Below are positions 28,647 through 40,620 of a stretch of 64,000 nt of DNA, piece by piece. The translations under genes and the position numbers were made by a program. This stretch comes from Raillietiella orientalis (Eukaryota). The notes below the pieces were generated by a model. The model searched no databases and was not told the DNA's origin. It saw only the letters and a list, made by a program, of their open reading frames with translations. Positions within the stretch are counted from its first letter, which is position 1. Each line of letters opens with the position of its first letter. The DNA is taken from NCBI GenBank assembly GCA_036172245.1, contig JAYWIR010000028.1:2728001-2792000 (forward strand), written 5' to 3'.

Positions 28647-28781
28647 ATGGGCTTTCCGCAGTACTTCATCGAGTACAGTTTTAGTATGTGTACAGCCGAA
28701 GCGTGTACATCCCGTCCACTTCCAAAAAGTAGTTTAATATACTTGCCACCAGATAGGTGGCTTATCAGATATTAAGCTGAT
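28647..28781 (-). pseudogene. U2: U2 snRNA 3' portion (about nt 48 to the end), interrupted gene
   Basis: Minus strand reads ATCAGCTTAATATCTGATA (stem IIa), GCCACC-TATCT-GGTGGC (stem IIb), AAGTATATTAAACTACTTTTTGG (Sm-site region), then stem III- and IV-like hairpins ending GTACTGCGGAAAGCCCA. Confidence 0.85.
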
Positions 28782-31468
28782 TTCATTTGTGAGAGGATAC
28801 AAAATGGTTTGAAAGCTAGCCATTATGACACTGCCCAGTCTTCCTATCCTTTCTCCCTGATCGATGATCGACATCGATTTTCACACAACACATGGTTGTC
28901 TAGGTTGTTTCAGAGTCCAGGAGCCCCCTTGGGTCGCAAGCATCATCAGGTGCTCGTCCTAATCGATCCGTCCTGTAGACATCGTCCTGCTGCAACGAAT
29001 AACGGAAGAGACCATCAGCTTTTCCATTTTATCAGCATATCTTTTAGGGATATCCATCTGTCTCAGGACTCCATCATTCTTAGGATCCCAGGATCCTAAG
29101 ACTCCAACTATAATGGCATGGAGGTAGCTACCTTCATTCCTCCTCGGGAGAGTAAATGCTTAATTTGTTGGTATTTTCCTTCTTTCTCTCTCCTGGCAGT
29201 GAGGAATGCTTCCTCCCCATTATCAAAGGGACAAGAAACATTTAACACCACCATTTCTGCTGTCTTTCTGGAGGACAAGGTCTGATCGCAATGATGAATC
29301 CACATCCGGAACTTGCTGGTTCGCAGAGATCAGCCTCCATCCAGCTATTGGAATGGAGGCTTCCATCTTATCCACGATGACATTGTGGCGTTGTTGGTAC
29401 AGGGGAGAATGCCTCATGCAGTGGTTTAATATATGAGACAGAATTTCATCCCATGTACTACATCGGCGACAGAGCCGATCCTATTCAGGTCTTTGGATTC
29501 CTCTAATCGGCAGAGATTTAGCCTTGCCGCGTGGATAAAATGAAAATCTGCGAAACGCAGATAGTCGCCACTAGTCAGAAACAAAATGGAGACTTGATGG
29601 AGATCAACGAACCGCATGACTTTCCCTTGGTCAGAGTGCTTATTAATTAGGGAAAACCATGCTGATTCCTGCTGGAGACTCCGAATTGTCGAAGCAGCCT
29701 TCTTCCTGTGGGTAGAACCAATAACCACTTCCGAAATGCAGATTAAGATCTGCATTTCGGGAGTGTCACCATCAACCCCTTCCCAAGATGTAGACAGCCT
29801 TCTTGAGGCCTGTCTTATCGTCCATAGACTTTTGACACCACCACCATCACGCTGGAATTTTTCATCAGTTTCCCCCGAAAGATATTTTGCAAGATCTCCT
29901 CTGCTGGTAATGAAAGAATTTTCTTCCAAACCAACTCCTGGAGAGAATCCATAGCAAGTTGTTTAACTGTAACATCCGGTGGAGTAAGGAGCTTAAAACA
30001 AGAATCCAAAATAAAGGTATCAGCTTCATCATGCCTAAGCAGCCCTTCTTCCTATCACTGTAGATATATTCATTGGCCGCTCTTGAGGACAGATGAAGTA
30101 GCTCCTTCGTCATTCGTCGAATCTCCTTATCAAGATGAGCCTTGTCACCCTTCGGATGCGTTCCCAGTCTTTCAAAATGTATGAGACTGAGAAAATAAAG
30201 GGTCTTAAGTGCACCCCACTTTTGCCAAGGTGCTAGGCCACTTAATAGGATCTTCGAAGCCTTACTCAGTATCTCTTCTTTGGAAGGATGCTTAATGCCC
30301 TCCGGTCTGGAAAATCTCTAGACGGAAGGGCTTACCCAGATACTTGTACGCTTCAGACAAAGACAAGCTCGGAATGGGCATGCCTCCAGCCTTCAGCGTC
30401 AATTTCTTTACGCCCCTCGGTGTTTTCCCATGTTGGTAGAAAGATTCACATTTGGACGCTTCAACACGAATGAGTCATCCTGTTATCCAATTCTTCCTCC
30501 GTTTTTGCCAGGATGACAAGGTCATCAGCATAGGCAAGAAAAAATTCTTCTCCGTAGCTTTCCCTGAATGTCCGAAGAACATATTCCATGGCGATTATGA
30601 ACAGAAGAGAGCTCAATGGGAGCCCCTGCTTGATACCCCTCTTGAGCAAGAAAGGCCTAGTGATTGACATATCAAGCTGAATAAATGTGCAAAATGTCGA
30701 ATGTGTAAGTCCTTGTAAATATGTTCAACAATCTTCATAAATTCATTACCAGCTTCCTTCATTGCATTAAGCAAAAGACAGTGCGGGATTCTACCAAATG
30801 CATTGGATATGTCAAGAAACAGCAATCCCAGGTCCTCAGATTTCCTTCTGGAAAGACGTGTTTGGAGGATAAAGTTCCGATCCAATACGCTCCAATCTTC
30901 AAAGGGTAAAAAGCCCTTTTGTTGGAGACAGATGATCCTTTGCTCCACAGTCCACTCTTTAAGTCTCACAGTGAGGCATTTTGCAAAGAACCTATATATA
31001 CTGTTTCCTATTGATATAGACCTCCAATCTTGTATGTTCATGGATAATGCTGTGTCTTCGGAAGCAACATTGTTTTGGTACATTTCCATGCTTCTGATAT
31101 CTTCGCAAATTTAATTAAAATATTAAAAATCGGCGTTAAAAGTACTCCTTCAGGATGAACCATTTTCCAGCCGGCGTAAGTAATTCCATCAATTCCTGGG
31201 CTTGAATTTTCGACCTTCTTCAGCCAGTAGGACACCTCATCAGATGACAGAGGATGAATCTCAAGCGGAGAAGCATCCTAATCTCTGCCTTTCTGCATGT
31301 TCTCTGATAAAGCTTCATCAGCTTCACCTTCTACCTCCAGCTGCTGATGAAAGTGCTCCTCGACCTCTTCCAACCTTATTTTACATCTGCTATCTTGCTG
31401 CTTAATAATTGATCGAATTGCTCTCCTATTCACTCTGTAGAATTTCTCCATTTCTTTTTTATTTTGTG
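28782..31468 (-). mobile_element. Utopia-type (U2 snRNA-targeting, RLE) non-LTR retrotransposon, 5'-truncated and frameshifted
   Basis: Ordered motifs: EKFYRVNRRAIRSII; SSPGIDGITY; WRSISIGNSIYRFFAKCL; QKGF; FLDISNAFGRIPH; RGIKQG.PLS.LLF; LAYADDL; LAPWQK; DQGKVM; LRFADFHFIHAARLNL; RHNVIVDK; RSDLVL..NVSCPFDNG..ARREKEGKY; LGSWDPKND. The two halves of a U2 gene flank it in the same orientation. Confidence 0.92.
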
Positions 31469-31496
31469 GATCTTAGCCAAAAGGCCGAGAAGTGAT
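31469..31496 (-). pseudogene. U2: U2 snRNA 5' portion (nt 1-28), interrupted gene
   Basis: Minus strand ATCACTTCTCGGCCTTTTGGCTAAGATC matches 27/28 to the conserved metazoan U2 5' end ATCGCTTCTCGGCCTTTTGGCTAAGATC. Confidence 0.92.
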
Positions 31497-31799
31497 GACA
31501 TGCGGACGACCTTGAGCAAAGCCAACTTGACAATCAGGATCAACGGATGCGAGACAGGCAATCAGGACAGAGAAGGGAATCCGTCAAGGAAACGCCCTCA
31601 GTCTTATGTTCTTCATCATGTACGAGGAGGCAGTGTCGTCCATGATCGAACATGGAGGTCTCCTCCGGGGACTGACCATCGATGACCAACGCCTGACTTA
31701 CCTGGTTTAAGCAGATGGCCTTCTTTTCTTCCTGAAAGGATGGAAGGATCAGCTTGCGTCTCTAGAGATTGTCAGGTCGACAGGAACTGGGATTGGGCT

Positions 31800-34700
31800 C
31801 GAAAATCAACGTTCCCAAGTCGAAACTCTAGCCCTTGGGATCCTGAACCTCATCACGTTGACGGCCCGGTGTTTCGGAGTAGCGGATACTATTAAGTACC
31901 TAGGGATTCATCCTGGCGACGCTTCCTCACCCACGACCCAGTGGAAGGAGATTCCAGGAAAAACGATGGAGGATAACATCCTTCGGCTTCGAGAAAAAGG
32001 CCAACTTGTGGAACAGCGTGATGCTTCTCAAGGCTCTCCTTGGAGAGGCCTTCTATTCTCTGAAGACAGAAGCAACAGATGGAAGCAAGTACAGACCTCG
32101 ATTGGAGCTGAAACACATGTGCCTCCTGAAGGAAGAAGGTGGCACCGGGATGAAGTCGATCGATCGGGCAATCTAGCGACCCACGTGATGACCAGGAAAC
32201 TCTGGAACACAGAATGAGACAATTCGCACAAGATTCAGCTGGGAAGATGCCTTTCCAGACAAGATACGGCGGAGGAAGCCCTTGCAGCAGGAGTCCATCG
32301 CTTCAGCACAAAGCAAATCAACTGCAGAGCGATCGGTGGGTGATCCGAAGCACGGACTTACCATCGGACACGAACACCTCCTCCTTTTTTCCCGCGGAGA
32401 TGTCTGATGCGGTGCTCGACGCTGATACTTCACAAGAAGTCAGGATGAAGCCTGCAAAGCGTGTGGAGTGCGCGAACCAGCACCATCTGCCCCACTTTGA
32501 TCTTAGCGAAAAGACCGAGAAGAACCACATTCTCAACTGCCGAATGCGAATCAACGGCCGGAAAGCAGTTCGACAGCTGACCGGTCTGCAGGAGATATAC
32601 CAACAGAGTTCCAGATCTGACTCTTCCACGGGAATGGAGTAATCCCGGCGCACAACCCCAAGGTGCGGGCGAACTCAGCCTTCTTCATCACGAATGTCTT
32701 GGTGAGAAGGTGGAAGCTCATCCAGGGGATGAATGTGCCGGAAAGGTTGATCATGCTTGGACCGCTGATGAAGAGATCGGCATCCGCAACTGTGGAAAGG
32801 TTCCTGCATTAACACTCAGGGACATCCTGCGCAAACTACCGATCACCTGATGGGTATTGCAAAGCTACACCGATTCCCTTTTCTTGTTCTTTAAAGTGAC
32901 TATCCAGAGAGAATAGCGTTTAGGGAGGAACATCGGAATACGTTCAGTGTGGACTTCAGTGTAAAAGAGGAATGCAAGTATTGTTCAAACACATCTAAAC
33001 GCTCTTCCAAACATCTGTTGAGTTATTTTCTTGTTAAAAACTGTCTCTGATCGAATCTCTTTCTCTCTGGTAGGATCTGGGAGGAAATGTTGAGGGTGGA
33101 GAGTGCCATCTCTTTTCGATAAGCACTTATACTCCTGGACAGTATCTCTCTTCAAAACCACTTGGAGAGTGCCTCTGCTCAGATGGTTTTGTGCGTGATG
33201 CACATGAGGTGGTGATTACGCTCACTATCAACTGAGAAAGCTGTGGAAACAGACGAAGCATTCGTGATGCAGCTGTGTCGTTGCTCGTTCGAAGTGCAAC
33301 AACATAAATGGCTTGTGAGATCGCGTCTGGAAGTGCCAAGACTGAGATTATCGTCCTTCATGAAAGCACTTCGAGCCAACTGTTCAAATCAGCAACTTGT
33401 GTCAAGGAAGATGGTTAGTTGCGGCAATAACTAGTGAGGATTTCGATAATATACATATGAGAAGTGCGATGAGCTGGTAGACCCATTTTCATCTCAGAGA
33501 TTTCAATTAGGTTGCTGGGGTCCAGTTGGAGAGGACAGCGGAACCTGCACACTCCGGTTCGGCCACTCAGTTCGAAGGAAATGAGATGAAAATCTCGAGG
33601 AGGGTATTCGCAGCCTTCTCTCTGTCGACAACGGTTCTGTTGCGTACTTTTCTGCATTTATCCAGCCAGAGGGTGTGTCCTCACACGTTGAGGCTTGTGG
33701 CCTCTTCCAGACCCATATGGGTGTAGGTCTACAAAGCCTCTTACTTTGAGGATCCAGTTGCAAGAATATTCAGACTGGAGATCGCTGCTGAGGTTGAAGC
33801 CTCCTTTTTCGATTTCGATGTCGGGTTCCTGGGGTGCGATTCGAACGCCAGAAGCCTGTGTCGAACGGTCAGATGGCTGTTCGTCTGCGAGTTTTCGCCT
33901 CCGCGTTCCCTGTCGGGCTCGGCAGCCGATGCACCAAAATTGCTCGCAGATGAACTTGTTGCTAAGAGTGCTTACGTTTGCGAAATGATCTCCTCCTTAC
34001 CTCGCAGACCGAATTGCCAGCTGATCCGGTCGTCTAGAGCTGGGATCAGTGGTGTATCCAGTAGACGTCTTTACTGTTTCTGATGTTAGCGGACTCTAAA
34101 ATTCTCCCCATGCTGCTGATGTAGGATCGAGGGATTTCCAGATCTTCAACCTCTTGGTTGTTAGCTATGATCCCAGCGATCCCATCAGAATCGAGTGCAC
34201 TGACGTTGTGATCCCTCTGTAGGACATCCGGCGAGTAATGGTATCGTATTCACTCTCCTTGTTCTCTCACTCTGCATGCTTCCGTGGCGCTGCTAAGAGA
34301 CATCTCACGTCCAGAAAAAAGATTTGATCTCTTCGTAACGGAGATCGCGGCCTAGCAGCGAGTGGATGTCCGGTATTTTCTATCTGTCTTCTTTTTTTCT
34401 TCTTCCGTGTAATGCCCTTATGACGCGGCTGGAAGTCCCATCGTGCCCTTATATGAATAGACGAGAGTGCCACTGGCGGTGGTTCGGCAAGCCCTCGTTC
34501 CATGTCGTGCATCTGTGGCATGTTCGATCTTCTTGCTCTATGTCCGCAAACTCGGTCGAGTCATATGCATGAACCTGTAGACTGAAAGTCGTAGGATATT
34601 GCCTACCACTGTTAATCAAAAAGCGGGATGATGAGCGATGTTGTCCCACTCCGGGAAAGACTTCCTTATGGTCCCGGTACTTTCAAGCAAAGATTTTTCG

Positions 34701-35450
34701 TGCCTTGTTGCTCAGGGTCGCTTTCTTCTGGTCGCACTCTTTTTTCTCGTGCTCCTGCTGAAAGTAGCATCTTCAGCTACCAAAAGAGCTTCTCCTTGAA
34801 GGACCGGAAAGCATTCATCTGTGTGCCTGCCTACCGGTTCTCCAGATACTCGTTATATCTCTGTACAATTGCTCAAGTTGTCCAGATATTTTACCGGTCA
34901 TGTCTTGTCGAAAGGTTGCAAAATTTTCTTCTTGACTGAATCCTACAGAATGGAGCTGGAAAGCTCCACGATATCAAAGACCTGGAAGAAGGGGAATGAG
35001 TGACTTTAAACAGCTGTTTACGGCGAAGACATTGCCTTCATCATCCGGTTACTTGCTTGGTGCCAGACATTTCTTGTCGAGCTTATCTGGAAGTACTGGT
35101 TTGATGCCTTCCTTGAGAGATCCATGAATTATTTGACCGGTGTTCTAATTTTCTGTCTGAATATCCTCAATCTCCTATGAGAAGGATGCCAAGCCTTCGG
35201 AGATGCACAGCTCAGAGCGCACAGCTTCTGTTGGACGGGGAGTTCATAACCCACAAGGGTTTTGCGACTTGAACACAGTTCGTTTCTTTGAAGAATTACT
35301 CTTTGCAGAATCAATCCGAAACGGCATCCTAACTTGGGCGCCTGGGATTTTTTGCAGGCAGGGATTTCTAGTTGGTTTGTTCGGAACGCCGTGGGCCTTA
35401 CCACACTAGGTATAGTTTCTGCATAGTCGAAGATGGGACACTTCCCTAAG
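31800..35450 (-). mobile_element. Decayed multi-zinc-finger N-terminal region(s) of RLE-type retrotransposon(s)
   Basis: Scattered minus-strand fragments TCHRCTTWNEGLPNHRQWH (about 34.5 kb), FWCIGCR (about 33.9 kb) and HECFVCFHSF..HHAQNHL..EYKC (about 33.2 kb). Many stops and frameshifts; boundaries approximate. Confidence 0.4.
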
Positions 35451-36899
35451 TTAATGACACGCAATCCATTCTATACGACCCCTCGAATAAACTGCGTTTT
35501 TCTCTTATTTTTCTGGTGTATTGGTGATCGAAAGAAGTCGCTCCGTGCATCTACGTCTTTTGGATGCAAGGGACCATGATGGATTCTTGCTACGACCGAT
35601 GACAGCACCTGTGCCAAGAGCCTGCCTCATCCACCAAGAAAATGCAGGAAGTTTTGCTGGAAATAGTCAGATGCTGACAGTGATCCTCTGGCTGTAGAAG
35701 GAGCAGAATCTCAGTCACTCAGATGAGAACAAGTCGATGCGAACCCAGGTCCAGGAACTTTTAGGACTAATTTTGTTTCCTTTTTGTTTTTTTTCAAATT
35801 CAGAAAAACTGACCGGGCCATGGCCTTACAAGTCCACGAAAGATCGAGTCTCATTAAAGTCATCGATCTTGTCTCATCAAGTCTCCTTACGTTCACTGGA
35901 GAGGCGGGCGACGATTATATATACCAGATACAGATTTGCAGGATGGATCCTCTTTGCTTGTTGTCTGTTGCTGGGCGGGAAGGTGGTGCGCAAAATTAAG
36001 AATTAGCTGCATCAAATAAGCTGTAGCCTGCTAGTAATTACCAAAGTTGGGCCATTGCAGAGACTAAGGCCAAACAGAAGAAGAGAAAGCATAAAGATGG
36101 CTCTTATTAAAACCTGAGATACCTACAAATGATACAATTCTGAAAAAAAAAAAAAAAAAGATAAGTAAAATCAAATTTACGGCAAGTGCACCAAACGATT
36201 GAAGGAAAGAACTCCTATATTTACCAAGTGTGGCTTGAAAAAATCGAAAACATAAGCAGATCTGGAAGACATGCCAACAAATTCAAATAGGGATCAATTT
36301 TTTTTTTTCCAGGAATTTCAGCATCATGTACACATGGAAACCAATTCGAAACGGATGTTGTGATACAAAGGTGAACCCGAATCGCAACTTAGGAGTGAAG
36401 AAAATAAATAAATCTACGGAAAGCATTTCTACCGAAGAATCCCATTTTCAAACACAGTAGATCAGAGATCGTTGCCTTGATCATAGTTTTCGAAGGAAAC
36501 AGCCCAGAAGGGATGTGATTAAATGGAGTGATGATGCGTTTTACCGCGGGGACATGGATACATAGGAGGAGGAGGAGGATGCTCTTCCCTTGATGAATTG
36601 AGCGGGTAGTGCTCGATGATGCCCTGGAACTCTATACGAATCTTCACATTGTACCGTATGCTTATATGTGGTGTGCAATATTCCTACTTTTTGATGCATT
36701 AGTAGTTTAAAAGGCCTTAATAGATCGTCGCTTTCGCTTTTGCGAATGGAATAGGATGGATGTGGGATAATAGTGAGTAGGAGAGTTATGACTATCGGTA
36801 TTATGGGATGAGTATAGGACAGGACGGTGTTATAACTATGGTTGTGCAGGTTGATGCGAGTTGAAGCTAAGGAGGTACGTATCTGAAGGGGCTAAGTAA

Positions 36900-37110
36900 G
36901 TACTGGGAAGGTAAACACCGGAAAGTACTGGAAATAAGGTGAAGGGTAAGTACTGGGATTCAGGACTCAAACGGCAATAGAAATGGGAATCACGGTTGTG
37001 TTTTGTAGGAATGAAAAGGCATCTTCTAAGAGGTTTGTTAGGAATGAGATGAGAATGCTGGGAAGGTTAACAAGATATCGTCGATTAAGCCTTAGTTGTA
37101 AAGATTTTGT
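36900..37110 (-). mobile_element. Possible LINE reverse-transcriptase relic (I/Jockey-like)
   Basis: NLPSILISFLTNLLE resembles the L..LP..LI..I.SFL..R segment between RT motifs 3 and 4. Little else is recognisable. Confidence 0.25.
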
Positions 37111-39299
37111 AGTGTGATTTATGATCGTGAGCGCAGAAGTCATATTCAGAATGTGATTCTGAATATGACTCTGCTTCAAAGATACAAATAGAGGCGTTTG
37201 GTGGAAGATTACTCTTCAGCAAATTTTATGGCAAAAGAGCAAAACACAAAGAGTTTCCATAGGCAAATTCAGGATGCAAGCATTTTTTGATTCCAAAACG
37301 ATTCTTTTATCATCTGAGATGTCTTCCTTAGCTGAATATGAAATGCCTTCATTTCATTATTAGAAAGTTATACAAATGCTAACGAAATATATCTTTCGAT
37401 GCCTTTTTCACTGTACTGAAAACATCCCCAGGTCATTTTGTACGACGCTACGAGTATTCAGAGTTCATCTGTCCTCGTGCAATCTCATTTTAGTGAATCA
37501 TTCTCTGCACTGTTTCGACGTGAATTGACTGTCCATGTCATGCCATCCTTGAAGGAATTCAGAAGTATTTGATGGGACGTTACCAAGTCCACTGTGTTCG
37601 TTATTATGTGAAACAGCGAAATTCTGCAGAATATTGCCGACTATCTTTTCTTTTCTCCCTTCCATATTTTCCACACCCAGAAATGGGCCCGTTTCTCAGT
37701 GAGAGAAACCACTTGGAAACAAAAACGGTTTTTAGAGACAAATCAAAAGAGTGCAAAAACTCGGGGCGATCTCGGATTTCAGTTTTTGCATCCCTTGGTC
37801 ATTTTTGGGGTGCAATAAAATCACAAAAGAAATAATGAATTTCGGAAATGAATTTCGGAAATATTGCATACGAAAGAGAACACAAATAAAGGATAAGCGT
37901 ACCGTGTAGCCTTATGTAAATAATATCGAATAACACTTTTGGAAAAATTCTGTTCTGGCAATTAAACCAAGTACTTTTATTAAACCAATCAACACTTTGG
38001 CTATTTTGCATTGAAATTTCTGCCTATCTCAAAATATCCAACCGTTTTAGTACTTTCTGAAGTTTTATTTTAAAACCCCTTCTATTAAAACAATTGAAAA
38101 TTTGGTTAGCAGAATCAGTATGAAAGAAGAAGAGGAAAAAGCTTCCAGTAAGTGGTTCGGTCGAAGAAAGTCATTACCTTGTAATCTGAAACTACACTGT
38201 TCTTTTTGAATCATGATTCTCTAAAATACCTATTGCTTTCATTAATTTTCAGTTGATTTCCTTTGAGCGAAGTATCCCTACACAAACATTGATTCTTGCA
38301 AGAATTTAGGATGTTGACAACATTTTCAAGAGATACTTCATAGTTATAATTGTTTCATATTATTGGTAACGAACTAGGAATTTTTGTATAGTCTGTTACT
38401 ACCCACCAAAAGCCTTTACGTCATTAGTAAAACCCTTAGTTATTTATGACTTCTTGGTTCTTCCAGAACAGCAAAAAATTTCCGAGTACTTTTGAATTAG
38501 GTACATTTCCAGAAAATGATATCAAGAGGAATTTCAATAATTTCCTTCTTCGAGGAATCTATTTGTAATATTCCAAATGCTTTTATTTTATTTGCAAAAC
38601 CATGGTGTGCAATAACTCATATTTTTCAGAGTCCATGAATTTTAGAGCAAGGACAAAATTGAGGAACGTACATTTCCAGCATTTTGCCTATCATGCCAGA
38701 TTAAAACACAAGGCAATGGTAAGTAATATCTGTTTACAGTGATCAACCGGGTCGAATTCCTCGAGAAATATCTAGCTAGGTCTTAATATTCTTTTTGATA
38801 CATGCCTATGCAAATCTTGGATTTAAGGGGAATAAAAACATGGAAGGAAATTATCTTCTACACACCTAACCATTTAGGAATACAGAAAATGGTATGCAAA
38901 TAAGGCATGTGCTTCAAAAACCTAAAATGCAGTTCTAATGATTAAGATAATCTAAATGTAGTTCTTTGAAATGTATTTCTAGATGAGTCGTAGTAGTTTT
39001 CCACTCCCTACGCCGGGGCGTACATATTATGGTGGTGGTCACGAATACACATGGAAAACGAATGCATTAGAAGAAATAACAGTAAAAACTTATCAAAGTA
39101 ACAGTCATTTTTTGCAAAACAATAAACAGAATGAAAATGAACGATTAATCATATTGAAATCTATATAGTGATGCTTAACTTTTACCGATAAAAGACACAT
39201 TCCGTAGCCACATTTTGTTTACACTGTTGAGCATGGGTTTGAAGTTCTCGATTCATATGCAATTTAATCTTTTTATCAACAGATATAAGGAGGAAAAAC

Positions 39300-39560
39300 G
39301 GCCCTAATATGAATTTCTACAACCACTACCGAACGTCTTCGTTCTTTGCTTCGTTCCGTGTCAACTTTCCGAGTTATTTGACTACCGATTGGGGGTTAAG
39401 AAGTAGCACAAATAAAGTGCCGAAGTGTTGAAATCGTTCTTCCTGATTGCCATCTGATTGAAATGTCTCCGGTTACTTGCTTCCATTTCTCAAGTCTTTT
39501 TCCTTGAGTACCAAATCGCTTCGGGACAAAATTTTCCGAGGTCTCTTGAACTCCAGGACC
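39300..39560 (-). mobile_element. Possible Tc1-like transposase N-terminal relic
   Basis: LEKWKQVTGDISIRWQSGRTIST resembles K..TG.V..R.RSGRP..T. A same-strand MTWGCF piece lies near 37420-37440. Confidence 0.3.
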
Positions 39561-40620
39561 CTTACGAACATCGGAAACCTCAAATCTAAGAAACCAGAAT
39601 CTGTCCAACAATGAAATCAAAAACCACTTTAGAATACTAAGCTTGTTTCATGCTTCTGGGTTGTTTGGAAAAGTTTCAGTAAATATAAGCATAGGTTGCC
39701 TTCTCTAAAGTGGTAAACTACTACGAATATTTCATTGCCTGTGCATAAAAATTGATACCTGCATCCAATTTTTCTAAAATGTGTTTCAGTTTTCTAACTT
39801 TTTGACCGGAAGTATTATAATCGGCAGTGTTAGCGCAAAATTGAAATTTTTGCCTGTTAGAGACTGCTGCTAGCATGTAGTGATATCAAAATTCTGATAC
39901 TTTGAAATTTGCAGATCACACTTATCAGACCAGATCATGCCTGATTATGTTATTCTGTCAATTTTTTAATCCACTGATTCCGTTGGCCTCATTCAGTAAT
40001 ATTAAGGTATTTCTTCGAATTGGCTTGCATCTTCAATTGAGGATGTTTAAAACAATTTATGTACACAGTATTTGGATTTTATAAAGAAGCTACTTATTCA
40101 TTAAACATTTCAGGTGGGAATGTGAAAAGGAAAGTTAACCAAGTAATTGGAGCCGCCAAGTTTTCAAAGTAGGCTCCAAAATCAGTGTTACGAATCTTTG
40201 ATGTATGCATGTGTCAGTGTAGTGTGTTGTGGTGAGGGAGTTTAGGATAAGTACTGTGTTTTGTGTGTTAAAAGTGCGATCTTTTTATATACATAGCCAT
40301 ACATGCGTATATATGAGAACTTGCAAGTGAGATTTTCAAACAAACCATCGAATTATCGTAATTTATTATATTTTTCCAAGAAATGGAACTGTGGTGGTTT
40401 AACTCAGAAGATAAATGAATAATATGTTTAGTAAATTTTATGATGTCGGTATTGATGAATTTGCAGTCCAATATTTTCAGGTATAAGCAATGTGCCGTTT
40501 TATATTAGCATGTATTTTTACATGAAAAAAATTTGAAGTGTCTTTTTCTTATGATTTCTAAAGTATATATTGCACAGTTAATCATCAGTTGTCGAGATGA
40601 TTTCATAGTATGGGATTATA

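Noticed and set aside
29078..29101. Perfect 11-bp-arm palindrome inside the Utopia element
   Set aside because: It overlaps the conserved LGSWDPK codons and is explained by coding sequence, so it is not counted with the other palindromes.
38270..38560. Harbinger/ISL2EU-like transposase hints (SFSGNVPNSKVL; ILARINVCVGILR)
   Set aside because: Weak resemblance across several frames; not supportable by eye.
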